From Podarcis vaucheri (lineage: Eukaryota), in assembly GCA_965113315.1 (NCBI GenBank), contig OZ220364.1: a stretch of DNA of 64,000 nucleotides, one strand, 5' to 3'. Both the position numbers and the translations under genes were made by a program. Below, in pieces: positions 12,631 to 25,448 of this stretch (its first letter is position 1; every line of letters begins with the position of its first letter). The notes under the pieces are model-generated. The model had not been told where the DNA came from and searched no databases. It saw only the letters and a list, made by a program, of their open reading frames with translations.

Positions 12631-13398
12631 AGAGACACAAATACAAGATGGGTGACACCCATCTTGGCACAATTAGAGGCACAAATACAAGATGGGTGAC
12701 ACCTGGCTTGAGAGCAGTACATGTGAAAAGGATCTAGGAGTCTTGGTTGACCACAAACTTGACATGAGCCAACAGTGTGACGCGGCAGCTAAAAAAGCCA
12801 ATGCAATTCTGGGCTGCATCAATAGGAGTATAGCATCTAGATCAAGGGAAGTAATAGTGCCACTGTATTCTGCTCTGGTCAGACCTCACCTGGAGTACTG
12901 TGTCCAGTTCTGGGCACCACAGTTCAAGAAGGACACTGACAAACTGGAACGTGTCCAGAGGAGGGCAACCAAAATGGTCAAAGGCCTGGAAACGATGCCT
13001 TATGAGGAACAGCTAAGGGAGCTGGGCATGTTTAGCCTGGAGAAGAGGAGGTTAAGGGGTGATATGATAGCCATGTTCAAATATATAAAAGGATGTCACA
13101 TAGAGGAGGGAGAAAGGTTGTTTTCTGCTGCTCCAGAGAAGCGGACACAGAGCAATGGATTCAAACTACAAGAAAGAAGATTCCACCTAAACATTAGGAA
13201 GAACTTCCTGACAATAAGAGCTGTTCGACAGTGGAATTTGCTGCCAAGGAGTGTGGTGGAGTCTCCTTCTTTGGAGGTCTTTAAGCAGAGTCTTGACAAC
13301 CATATGTCAGGAGTGCTCTGATGGTGTTTCCTGCTTGGCAGGGGGTTGGACTCGATGGCCCTTGTGGTCTCTTCCAACTCTATGATTCTATGATTCTA
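12631..13398 (+). mobile_element. CR1 LINE 3' fragment, young
   Basis: Uninterrupted ORF 12692..13321 (EKDLGVLVD...[17 protein letters not shown]...RRLRGDMI) is the CR1 ORF2 C-terminus. (ATTCTATG)n tail. Confidence 0.95.
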
Positions 13399-13821
13399 GG
13401 CTGCAGATACTAGGCAATGCTGCAGGGCTGTCACTACTCTAACTCAGCCCTCCTCCCTCTTCCTCTTCCCCTGCCACTGCAAATGACAAACTAAACACTG
13501 CAATTGCCTAGTTGATCCTCAAATAATTTCTGTTTACCAGGACTCTCACAGATTGCAATGATCTGAAGGATTCTCTAAAATGGTATTTTGATAGCTATTC
13601 TCTTGAAGCTAGTCAAAACAAAAATACTGTTCTTTAAACTATATGAAGAGGCAGGTGATGTACAGTGAATTTAGGAATCAATAGGGTTTCCTTCTCCCTT
13701 AACAGCAAACACCAGAGCTTTTCACAACAATCATTGTCAAACCAATATTCATGGGAAATATAAAAAGATTAGCAGTCACAAAACACAAGCAATAGATTAT
13801 TATTTTTTAAAAAAAGATTAC

Positions 13822-13972
13822 CTCTCAGTGTCTTTTAGGATCTCTTTTCCTTTCTTCCAGGTAAAGGTAGGCCTCGGAGAAGCTTTGGGTTTACACTCGA
13901 TTGAAGCGTCACCACCAACTTTGACAAAAGTTAACCTTTTCAAGAAGTTTTTTGAAAAATCTGGACCTACAG
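13822..13972 (-). CDS. CNTN4: Contactin-4 coding exon, 151 nt, N-terminal part of Ig5
   Basis: Acceptor tctttcag|, donor AG|gtaatc. Translates (A)[49 protein letters not shown](R). Phase 1/2. Confidence 0.95.
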
Positions 13973-14722
13973 CTGAAAGACAATAGGTAAAAGGGCTTAG
14001 ATCACATGAGAAGTATTATCCAACTCCTTTTTAATAAAGCATTTTTTTAAAAAGCTGAATTTCTTCACTACTGATCATGTACAGCACACACAAGTACATT
14101 TCATAATGGCGCCTCTAAAGCAGGGATAACCAACTTGGTGCTCTCTAGACTCCCAGCAGTTCCAGCCAACATGGAGAATGGACTGGAATGATGGAAGTTG
14201 TAGTCTAACCACTTTGAAGGGTACCACATCGGAGAGCACCATGTTGGCTGCAAGAGAAGATGTCTTAAGCAAACACATAAATGAAACAATGGCTTGCACC
14301 CCAAGATGCACTTCTGTGCAAGGAGGGAGCCTTGCTTTTTGCCAATTCCCCATCATGTTGTACCCCTTGTAAAGCTGCTCCTGAAGGAGGTCTCTGGAAC
14401 AACCTGAAAATTTGGTGGGAAGCAGTCTGAAGCAAGAAGGGAGAATCACCTCCCTCTAGATCCAAGTCAAATCTGCAGTATGATTTCACTGACGTTACAA
14501 ATATTGGACACTATGTAAGAGCCTCTTCTCACAAAACCTTTACTGTCTGTGTGGCATCTTGAACAACTAGGGTACATTTATACTAGAGGTCCTGGTTTGC
14601 AAAGGCACAGTAAGTCTCAAGTCCCCTGTCAATCAAAGGAGACTTATCCTGTGAAGGCTAACCTGAACTCCACATCACCACTTAGGAAAGGTTGAGCATG
14701 AGACATGCACATCTCCCTAGAA

Positions 14723-15196
14723 CAGGGGTCAGCAACCCGCGGCTCCGGAGCCGCATGTGGCTCTTTTACACCTTTGCCGTGGCTCTGGGGCGGATACTAG
14801 CGAGGGGAGGAGGCGCATTGTGTGCCCTGACACTCCCCACTGTGGCGGGCGCTGTACTGGCTGTGACGTCGCATGGGGGCGGTGCGTGCGTTAGTCACGC
14901 ACCGTCCCGACGTCACCTGCCCGCCCGCTACATTGTAAGGGGCATGTACGCTGGTCACTGCATTGAAAGGGGGCATGTACGCTGGTCACTGTTTTGAAGG
15001 GGAGTGAAGAACACACACACAAAAAAAGGCAACTTGTTAATTTAATGTTTATTTCTATGAGCAGGAAACAAAGAAATAATAATAAAAAGTGACAAAAAGT
15101 TATTTTTATAATGACGAGTTTTGTGGCTCCCAGTTGTTTTTTTCTTTGGAAACGGGTCCAAGTGGCTCTTTTTGTCTTAAAGGTTGCAGACCCCTG
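14723..15196. mobile_element. hAT non-autonomous element
   Basis: TIRs CAGGGGTCAGCAACC/GGTTGCAGACCCCTG and a perfect 8-bp TSD CCCTAGAA. Confidence 0.92.
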
Positions 15197-16114
15197 CCCT
15201 AGAAGCTTCATGACCTCCATGTATGTTCATCATACCATGATTGCAAATTTAAGTGATAATCAGTATAAATGTCAATAAATCTCTCAAGTCAGATCACGCC
15301 CCCTATGAACTGTGGTTTGTTCCTGTAAGTCTGTGTACCTTATGGCTCTATGTCTTCCTCTATCTCTGTGTTTCTTTAGGTCAATGGGCTTTGCAAGAAG
15401 TGTGAGTTTTCAAAATGTTGCCTGCAAAGCACCAAAGCGCTCTGGATTTGTTTGTTTATTTTGTTAAAGAAAAGCAGGTTTTTTTGTTTTGTTTTAAAAA
15501 AGCTAAAAGCTTAATTTAAGCTTTTTAATCTTAAAAACAAAAACCTGGAACTCTGCAGGCCCATCAAACAAGCTCAGGAAGGGGGGAAATACACACTTCA
15601 GCCATCTCTTAATTATTTTAAGATATGAAAGAGCAAGAGACAAACCCCCACTCTCCCAATGGGTTATGGAAGAAAGTGAGTTCCTTTTATTTCATCTACA
15701 AAGGCTCCTAGATTTATTTATCTGTAATTTGGCAGCCTTGATCCATTGAAGAGGGGCTCCTGTGACTGTAAATTTCATCCACTTTGGCTCAAAGGGGAGA
15801 AGTTAAAGCCATTGTCAGAGTTTGTTATTGTTTTATACAGAGCAGCTCAGAACCTCAAACAAAGATCAAAGCAGACAGAGCACAGGGTTTCAGAAACATA
15901 ACTGATTGTTTTTTTAAAAAAAACACAGAGATACAAGACACATTTTTGGGCTTGTGCACACCCCTAACAGCTATGCCATATAACACCATAAAGGACAGAA
16001 TCAAGGAACATTCAAAGTAATCTTGATAAACTGGAACTCTGGCCTGCAACCAAAAAATGTTCAATACACACACACAAAAACCCCATACCTAAAACAAAAA
16101 ATCATAGGCATAAT

Positions 16115-16560
16115 TTCAGTCTGGGGGAGACTTGGCTTGACAGCCTTACATGTACAAAGGGTCTATGTGTCTTATTTTGTTACAAGCTGAACATGAGACA
16201 GCAGTGTGATGCAGCTACTACAAAAGAGAATGGAAAGCAATAGTTCTACTCTGTTCTGCTCCAGTTGAATCACCTCTGAAGTACTGCCTTCAGTTCTGGG
16301 TGCCACATAATAAAAAAGCACATCATCAAAGCAGAGTGTGTCCTGAGTATGTTTAGCCTACATGAGAGAAGATTAAGGTCTTCAAATATCTGAAGGGCTT
16401 CATGAAAGGTGGAGGAGACTCGTTTTCTTGTAGCTCCAGAAGGCAGGACTAGAACAAATGGGTAGTGATTCCAGGGAAGCAGATTTCGTAGTGGTGAGAA
16501 TTGCTCAACAGTGGAACATATGGCTTCAGTGTGCTCTCCTGTTTAAGGAGTTGGACAGAC
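16115..16560 (+). mobile_element. Old CR1 ORF2 fragment
   Basis: Degenerate matches to the CR1 at 12692 (acaagctgaacatgagacagcagtgtgatgcagct; tactgccttcagttctggg). Confidence 0.7.
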
Positions 16561-17919
16561 ACGTGTCAGGGAAGCTATAACTGCATCCAGCAAGGATTTG
16601 GTGACCTTCAGGGTACCTCCCCAAACTTTCTTTGCTGTTGCAGCAGACAGGAAGGACATTTTGTTTGCAGTAACATTTTGGGCTAGTATCACCCAATACT
16701 CTGGCGGGGGTAGGGAGGAATCTAATGTTAAAGGACGGAAAGGAAAGAACAGGCCACAAATAAAACAATTACGTCAGCTGCAGAAGTGGTGGGAAACGAG
16801 GCATAGCGTTGGGAAGGAGATCTGGCATTGGCATTTGTCAAGATGTTAGATGTGTGAAGGGGCAAGTCTTTGAATGGAACAAGAAGAATGAAGGAAGTTC
16901 CATAAGTGCTCAAAAAATGCAGGACCAACAATGATGAGTGAAGAGGTGCCAGGCATTTCAGGGAAAGGGTAGAGTCATAATGAAACCTTACTCACTGAAT
17001 TCTAAAAATAAATAATCATAATAAAATCCAATAAAAACCCACTGAAAAACTAGAGATCAACCCTTGTTTTCAATCTGGTTCCCTTCCCTGCACTGCAAGT
17101 AATCGGTCTGACCGTAATAGCATTTGCCTGCTACAACGGAAAACATATAACTACTGAACACCAAGTGGCAAACATGAGGCTTGTGAATGATACGACAGAA
17201 GAACATATTATCCAAGAATTATGATTAAGCCTTTATTTCCTGTCTGCATTAAAAATTATCAGTAAAAGGCAGGTACCCTTATTCCTAGTAGAGAATATAG
17301 CTGCTTAATTCAAAATGAAGGAGAGCACATTATTGTGTGAGCGCTCTAATTAAGGAACATTCTAATTATAGCAGACTTAGCAATGCATTTGTTGGACAGC
17401 AATGCTTCAGCTTCGTGTTTCACTTTTAATATATTTAGGACATCTATTCATTCCACGTCCAATTTTAAGTCTCTTGGCACTGCAGTAACTTTTTGCAGAA
17501 ACAAAGCATGCTTGGGCTCTTTGTCTGTTATCAGCACACAGAATACAGCTTTTTGAAGTATTCCTCAGATTAGAAAGGCATCACCCTCTGGGCCTAAGGA
17601 ACCAGGTCCTTCATCTGGATCAGCACTCCTCTTGCAGGACACCTTAAGGCCAATTGATCCAGTGGAGGCTCCCATTGACAGAAAGGGAGATGGTGGACAT
17701 TTCAATCAATCCTTCCTTCCCCCTACAACTGAACATTCCACTGCCCATGCTGTTTCAGTGCGTAGCCACTGCATCTCCAGTATACTTTCAGGATGGGCAA
17801 GGTGCTGCACAGGAATCCCATTCCCATTCTGTCATCAACACAGTCCTATGAAACTCCTGGGGTCTCTATATCCAAGTCAGAGTTTCCTTTTAATCAACGC
17901 AAAAATTACATGACCGTAT

Positions 17920-18140
17920 CACATAAGAAGAGCCCTGCCGGATTAGGCCAATGGCCCATCTAATCCAGCATCCTCTTTTCACATGGACAACCTAAGGGAA
18001 GCCTGCAAGGAGGACTCAGGCTCACCAGAACTTTTCCCCTCCTGCAGTTTCCAGAAACTGGTATTCAGACACATTCTGACTGTGGAGGCAGAGGTTAGCC
18101 ATCATGGCTAGAAGATACTGACAGCCTTATCCTCCATAAA
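17920..18140 (-). mobile_element. LINE (CR1-group) 3' UTR fragment
   Basis: acataagaagagccctgccggattaggccaatggcccatctaatccagcatcct. Related copies at ~12125-12345, 30958-31410 and 42820-42900. Confidence 0.6.
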
Positions 18141-18424
18141 TTTTCTTGATTAATCCCAGAACAGTGGACAAATATATTCTTTGCAGATAGACAGTTAACA
18201 GTGTTTCTCAGTGTCCTGCTCCTCCCTTTTGGCCAACCAATTGGGATGGAGCGCTCTTGATAATGGTTATTCTTCTGAGATTGCCCAATGTCTGTTAGCT
18301 CTTATGGTTGACTGTGCTAGGGAATCCTGGTGCATCCGTGTTCCTTCTTTAGAGAAAATCCTTTCAACAAGCCTTTTAAGTATTGGAACGATTTTACATG
18401 TGGAACTATTTTAAAATGTTTGCA

Positions 18425-18459
<35 letters not shown>

Positions 18460-18689
18460 AATTGTTTTATATATGGAACTGTTTTTAATTGATTTTGCAT
18501 TTCCCTTGATTTATGGTTGTTTTATGATGTTATGTTTTATTGCTTTACCCTGCTCTGGGACCTGGTAAAGGGCAGGTAAGGAATCCAATGAATAAATGAT
18601 ATATGATGTCCTAGTTACATTGGCAGCAAAAGGGGATGGAACTGGTGCAGAACAGAGATTGTCCACTCCAATGGGCACATAGTAGTGGT

Positions 18690-18831
18690 GCTAGCTCAGT
18701 CCGTAGAGTATGAAATTCTTAATCTCAGGCCCTTGGGTTCAAGCTCCACATCGGGCAAAATACTCCAGGATTTCAGGGGGTTGGACTAGATGACCCTTGG
18801 GGTCCCTTCCAACAATTCTATGATTCTATGA
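18690..18831 (+). mobile_element. tRNA-Lys(CTT)-derived SINE with CR1 tail
   Basis: gctagctcagtccgtagagtatgaaattcttaatctcagg..gggttcaagctccacatcgggc resembles tRNA-Lys-CTT. It is followed by gggggttggactagatgaccc...ttccaac..ttctatgattctatga. Confidence 0.8.
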
Positions 18832-19789
18832 ATCCAACATGTCTCCTCAATTTTCCAAATTCCAGTTCAAATACAGCCCTGCCACAAAACGTATGAAACA
18901 GACCATCATCTACTGCCTTGAGAATAATTTTCCTTAGCACAGTGGCTAGAGAGAAAAGGCCTGAATTTTAGTGACAGGTCACTGTCCCTGACAGATACCT
19001 GTGCAAAATACTTCCAGTGCCCAGTGACCATTATAGATGTTTGGCAGCCTGACAAAGGGACAAAACAAGATCTCACTGAGACTCTGGAGAAAATTAGGGT
19101 CACAGGGCATGGGCAGAGAAGGCAAGCTGCTCAGCATTCTATGCAGTCCCTACCCTTGAAAAGAAATCCCAACAATAAGATTTGGTAAATTCTTAAGGTC
19201 TTAAGGTCTTAAGATACAGCAAACACATCCACTTTTTATGCAATATAGATATATATTGTATGAAAAATGCCATGTACCTCTGCTCATGTTTAGTGGATGC
19301 CTCTTGTTTAGTTTTAATTTTGTTTGTTTGTTATGAGGAGTTTTTCAAAAAATTGTTTATTGGAGATGAGTTTTTCTTTTTAAAAACAGAACGGTCAATC
19401 TCATGTACAGGCAAAAAAATACATTTTAAGGTATGATTACCTGTTGTTGTTACCTCTCCCCCCGTACACAAATACTTGTTTAAATTATGTAACAAAGGAC
19501 TCCCTATATAATGGTATTCCCATTTGAATTTCTTTTTACACGTCCAGGAAAACTTTCAATATAGAAATGGTTGCAGGGAATTTAATAGCTGCTGTACAAG
19601 ATTAAAAAGGCAGCTGCACAGATTGGGAATGTTCCAAATGTGGTTTGAAAAATGTTTCTTTATAAAGAAAACAGTTTGCATGTAAAACCAAAGTGAAACA
19701 CACAAACATGCTTTACGGTTTTTCCATGTGTATATGTGGTAGCATCTGAATGAGATGTGTGTTGTCCTAGTCATTCAGTAGATACACTT

Positions 19790-20373
19790 GTGCTGGTTTT
19801 AACCTTTAAAGCCCTATACGGCCTGGCACCCTCGTACCTACGGGAACGCCTCTCCTGGTATGCCCCACGGAGGACCTTACGGTCTGCTAATAATAACATC
19901 TTGGAGATCCCGGGCCTCAGGGAGACTAGGCTTGCCTCGACCAGGGCCAAGGCCTTTTCTGCCTTGACCCCGGCCTGGTGGAACGCTCCGCCACAAGAGC
20001 TCAGGCCCCTGCGGGATTTGACATCTTTCTGCAGGACCTGCAAGACAGAGTTGTTCCGCCAGGCCTTTGGTCAGGGCTCAGCCTGACTCCCATTTTTGTA
20101 TAAGAACTAGTACGAAAGAGGGCCTCCCAGCATTCTCACAGGCCCATATAAGAACAGCGTAAACACCTGGGCCTGATGAGCATTTACTGTTCCCAACCCA
20201 AATCCTGCGGAATGCCATCTAATTCAGATTTTAATTTGATCCTGACTTGTTTTTAGGGGGTAATTTAATTATTGCTTGATTTTATACCAGTGTTTTATAT
20301 TTGATGTTAGCCGCCCTGAGCCCGGTTTTGGCCAGGGAGGGTAGGATACAAATAAAAGTTTATTATTATTATT
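19790..20373 (+). mobile_element. L2 LINE 3' fragment
   Basis: VLVLTFKALYGLAPSYLRERL...RAKAFSALTPAWWN...FCRTCKTELFRQAF, then a 3' UTR ending agccgccctgag...aataaa and (TTA)n. Confidence 0.9.
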
Positions 20374-21715
20374 GTTCTATTGATGGAACTGGGAGGCAGC
20401 CAGAAGGTCACAGTTCCTCTGACAGCATAGAAACATGAAAGTATTCCCTCCAATCTTACACTCATTTATTCAGAAACCTTCAAGTACTCTGGTTACAGGT
20501 AATATACTTTACATGTTTTCTGGTTAATCTAGTACAAGACAAACTGGAAGTCCTTGATTTTATACTATAATTTGTAACCAGTGTGTAAGGCAGACTTCTA
20601 TAGCAACTGCTGAATAGCCTAAAGAAGAATCTATGGCTTTATTTGGATTTCTTTTATACGAAAGGTAACATCCCTAATAGATTTTGCCACTATGGATTCT
20701 AATTTGTTGAATGTTACTTGTTCTTTCCTCCAGCAGCAATAATTTCGGGGTGTTCCCCCACCACTTTGTAGGCATCTATCCTTTTTAATAAAAAAATGCC
20801 CAGCAAAAACCAAACACTGGCTGCTCAAGGAACACCTTAAACCTTCCTCTTTAGAAGAGATTAAAATTACAATATTGAACATTCTCTTTGAAATATATCA
20901 GACACAATGCTATCTACTCACAAATTGTATTAACTGTTTGAAAAACAAAATATTGGGCAACTGACAACATAGTTCTTGACGGTTACCATGCCTATGAAAT
21001 CAAGGCCTCTAAACTGCTCGGATATCTATACTGATTCTCAAAAGGTTTCTTGGAGCAGTACAAGGGAGCAAAACACCTGGTGACAGCAAAAAAGAAAGAT
21101 GGTTTTGGTAAGGAAGGAGAGAGGGACGGGCAATTTGACATACTCATTTTTGGAAGTCTTCTATCTTGATCCAAAGACGTTATATTGGTATCAGTTTTAT
21201 GGAGAATTACATGGGACTAGATTACAATCAAACAATCCCAGTGTGTAAATTTGACACATCAGAAAGTCTAAAAGCAAGATTTGCACTCACATGTTACGTT
21301 TAGTGTGAACTAAAGCCTGCACATATCATAACATAATTCGTTCCAATGTTTTATGTGAACAGCAGACACGTGGCTAAAAATTATGCACGTTATCAAACAA
21401 ACACCCAATTCAAGGTCAGTTTCTTGGTCATTGTTTCTTCTGCTTGTATGGCTTAGCCTATACAGTCTCATAGATAAGAGCTCCAGATTACAGAGCAAGG
21501 TTATATGCTGGCTGTATTAAAAGGTTCTGTTTCTGGTTCACTGCAAGTTCATACTATGGCACCAAACCATAGAAAGGGCAGTGGGGACATGCTGCTGGTT
21601 TCACTGGTCCTTGTTGCATGTTTCACTGGCCTTGCCCTCAACCTGCAAACACCAAGGGTGGACTTCTGCAGCCTTTGTGCATAGATTTCAAGGAAGGTAG
21701 TCTTCTATGCAAGAA

Positions 21716-21960
21716 GAGAAGAAGAGTTTGGACTTGATATCCCCCCTTTCACTCCCCTTAAGGAGTCTCAAAGTGGCTCACAATCACCTCTCCCTTCCTC
21801 CCCCACAACAAACACTCTGTGAGGTGAGTGAGGCTGAGAGACTTCAGAGAAGTGTGACTAGCCCAAGGTCACCCAGCAGCTGCATGTAGAGGAGCGGGGA
21901 AGCGAACCCAGTTCACCCGATTACGAGTCCACCACTCTTAACCACTTCACCATGCTGGCT
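21716..21960 (-). mobile_element. MIR-like tRNA/CORE SINE
   Basis: Reverse strand agccagcatggtgaagtggttaagagt...gctgggtgaccttgggctagtcac...acctcacagagtgtttgttgtgg, with a (TTC) tail. Confidence 0.8.
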
Positions 21961-23081
21961 GCCTGGATGCCTATGTCATCAGATGCAAGCTGGATTCTAT
22001 GTCATCAGGTGTTCAGCTCATGAGGAACCCCATGCAGACATCCTACTGCCCCTTCACCATGCAGAAGGAGAATTTTCAGCATGGCATGGGGGGCGGGAAT
22101 ACACTTCTGTGAAATTATGGGGGGAGCAGTGCTAAAAGTAGATAAGAACACAACTAACCATAGCAGGGTAGACACTACCACTCCCTGAACACCCTAGAAT
22201 AACACTTAAATCCTGGACATTATGAGGTGGGGAGAGAGGAAATGCCAGCTTCCCGATGGAGGCTGTTAAAAGAAACTATGCCCCCGCCTCTGGCAGAGAG
22301 CTTTAAAAACTGTTAAAGAAAGCTAAGGAGAGAGATAATACCGATCTGCCATCCACTACAGGACTTTCTACAATTCCCCCCTCATATGGGCCAATGTCGA
22401 AGAGTGGCTGAGGACAAGCACTTAACAATGAAGGTCTTACAGAGGTCAAGTAACACCAAGGGAAGCTGGGGAAAATGCTCGCATCTTTATGTATTACATC
22501 TTTTTCCGAATTCTTCCTTACCAGCAATGCACAACACATTTTGCACATAGGCTGTTTTATGCTGAGAATTTACTTTTGAGCAGTTAGAATCTTTGGGAGC
22601 ATCTAATGATGCTCCCTTAACCAGTGGTTAAGGCATGAACTATCATTTTAGTGGGGGAGGAGGGAAATCTGAAGTCAGAACTCTGGCACCTTAAATCTAC
22701 ATGCTTCTGTCACATCAGAATAGTTCAGTCAGTAACTAGAGAGTGCACACTGGTAGGAAACCACAGCTCCTGTGAGGTAGCATGTGTGTGTGTGTTGCTA
22801 ATTAGAAATACTGCTATCCTTCAGAAAAGGCTTACATGCTATGTGCTCTGAGATCTTAAGTCTTCTCTATTGGAGGAAGCTCCTCTGGATCTTACCCACA
22901 GCTCACCCATTTGTTTGCTTCTTAAAACCCACGTCAGCATGAAGCCATCACTACATCTTGTGGAGATGAATGCTGGACTCTGATCATGTATCAAGCTTAG
23001 ATAGCCAGTGAATGCATGTCACATCCACATTTTTGCTACTGTGGAAGTTTTACGAAACCCCACTAGAAAGGCATACCCACG

Positions 23082-23324
23082 GAAGAAGAGTTTGGCCTTG
23101 ATATCCCACCTTTCACTCCCCTTAAGGAGTCTCAAAGTCGCTCACAATCTCCTTTCCCTTCCTCCCCCACAACAAACATTCTGTGAGGTGAGTGAGGCTG
23201 AGAGACTTCAAAGAAGTGTGACTAGCCCAAGGTCACCCAGCAGCTGCATGTGGAGGAGCGGAGACGCAAACCCTGTTCACCAGATTATGAGTCCACCACT
23301 CTTAACCACTACACCATGCTGGCT
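23082..23324 (-). mobile_element. MIR-like tRNA/CORE SINE, second copy
   Basis: Collinear and highly similar to 21716-21960. Confidence 0.8.
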
Positions 23325-24219
23325 ACAGATCATGGATCAAAGCTATGTTGCACTCTGTGTTTTTCCAGGATTTACAATGTTAGATTCCATGTGTGGAGAG
23401 ACTACTGAAGACTTTGGATGTTTTGTAATATCTGTTTATTTTTTCCAATATACAGATTGGCCAGGAGGGAAGCAAGAAATTGTAAAGGCAGTACCAGACC
23501 AAAAGCAGCATCAGTCCCCAGCAGATATAACAGCACTCTAGCCACCTCCTGTGGCTACTTCTTGCTAGCTGGTTGGGGAGGTGGGGGCGGGACTATGAAA
23601 TGCGTTTTCACTCTCTGTCCAAATCCAAACTGATTCTTTCTGCCTCCACCACACATGCACATGTGACTTAAAGCACCTTCTACAGAACATTATTAAAGAG
23701 AAATAAGCAGCCACTAGTGGACATAAAGGAAACCCCTACTGCTCATTATCTAGAAGGAGAGGGTCACCACTTCTCTTTGGCCCAGCAGAACAGCATGATC
23801 CATAACAGGTGGAGAGATTGTGTTGTGGGGCATTCACTTTTACCCCCTCTTTTTTATTTTAAAAAGCAAGGTAATTAGACTTGCAATCTTCCATGTTTCT
23901 TCAATAATGATTCAGTCAGTGCTACCACGCTGTAATGCACAGCTGAGAGGAACTCAGACACCAAAGGCTGTCTTCTTTCATTTCACAAAAAGGCATAAGG
24001 AGGCTGGGATGGGAATGGAGTGCCAAAAGAGGACCTGTAGCAGTCAGGTCCTGAATATGCTTTTAAAGCAAGACTCTGTGGCACAATTCAAGTTCTTAAA
24101 AATGTGAAAAGCCCACATCAGAAGCACTAAAACTCAGGATCCCCTCAGTGTGTAAATAGTGGAGTAATTACAGATTTACTGCACAGAAAAAAATACTGTA
24201 TAGAAGGTACTAGGAGGTC

Positions 24220-24810
24220 TAGGAACACATGAAGCTGACTTATATACTGAGTATAAGACGGATATTGACAAGCTGGAATGCGTGCAGAGGAGGGTGACCA
24301 AGATGATCAAGGGTCTGGAAACCAAGGCTTGTGAGGAACGGCAAAAGGAGCTGGGTATGTTTAGCCTGGAAAACAGAAGACTGAGAGGAGATACGATAGC
24401 CATCTTCAAATATCTAAAGGGTTTGCTTGTTTTCTCCTGCTCCAGATTCGAACCAATGCCTTCATGTTACAAGAAAGGAGATTATTACTAAACATTCTGG
24501 TGGTAAGAGCTGTTTGACAGTGGAACAGACTCCTTCAGAATGTGGTGGACTCTCCTTCTTTGCAGATATTAAAGAAGAGGTTGGGTGGCCATCTGTCATG
24601 TAGGATGTAGTTGAGATTTCTGCATTGAAGTGGGTTGGAGTAGACGACCCTCAGGATGCCTTCCAACTCTACAAGTCTATGATTCCATGAGTCCATCTAG
24701 CTCAGTATTGTCTTCACTGACTAGCAGCTTGTCTCAAAGGTTTCAGATAGGAGACTTTTCCAGTCCTGCCTGAAGATGCCAGGGACTGAAGCAAGCTATA
24801 GCCCTTCCCC
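24220..24810 (-). mobile_element. Squam3-like SINE split by a CR1 insertion
   Basis: SINE tail at 24220-24252 and SINE body at 24691-24810 flank the CR1 fragment. Confidence 0.75.
24255..24690 (+). mobile_element. CR1 3' fragment
   Basis: [37 protein letters not shown], with a CR1 tail. Confidence 0.9.
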
Positions 24811-25448
24811 ATGCTTAAGTTCCAGATGGACCAAACAGCTTGGATATGGATGCACAGGAGAAAATAAGAACCAGCTCTACCAAGCCAGGAAATCCTGGCC
24901 TATTGGACACTACTTAGAGAACTTCTTGATCAATCCATTTATAAATTTTCCAAATTAAAAAAAAATGCAGAATGTTCTATTTATACCACATACAGTTACT
25001 ACTGAATGATGTTTCTACTGGACAAAACTAGTAATACTAGCAATGTATGACTTCTGAATGATTTGCAACAGATCTGTAAAAGTTTCTAGCTGCTAACAAA
25101 GATGAGTTTCTCCTTTCTTAAGTTAGGCTGTTGAAATTAAGAAAGTGTGGGTGCGGGGTGGGGGGAACCAGGAGCAGGAAGTTCAGTACTGATACTGAAA
25201 ATAATTTCCAGGGCGGAAAAAGTGCCTATTCTCTTCTTGGCACCCCCCCCCCCCCCGTTTCTGTTGCACATGAATCTGGCTGATGTGCCTTAAAGTTGTA
25301 TTAAGATCTTGCAAAAATGAAATCTGTCAATCCCTGTCCTAGAACATTTCCCCATAATCCTCTGTAATATGCCTATGTTCCCTGAAGTTCAAATCTGGGT
25401 CATTCATAGAATCATAGAGTTGGAAGTGACCCTGAGGATCATCTAGTC

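Noticed and set aside
1-13800. Next CNTN4 exon (second half of Ig5)
   Set aside because: No matching Ig sequence with splice sites was found by eye; it probably lies beyond the window's left edge.
18690-18760. Functional tRNA-Lys gene
   Set aside because: Multiple stem-breaking changes, an eroded acceptor stem and a fused CR1 tail show it is a SINE.
23008-23541. 177-aa ORF
   Set aside because: Mostly antisense SINE sequence; the same peptide recurs at 21707.
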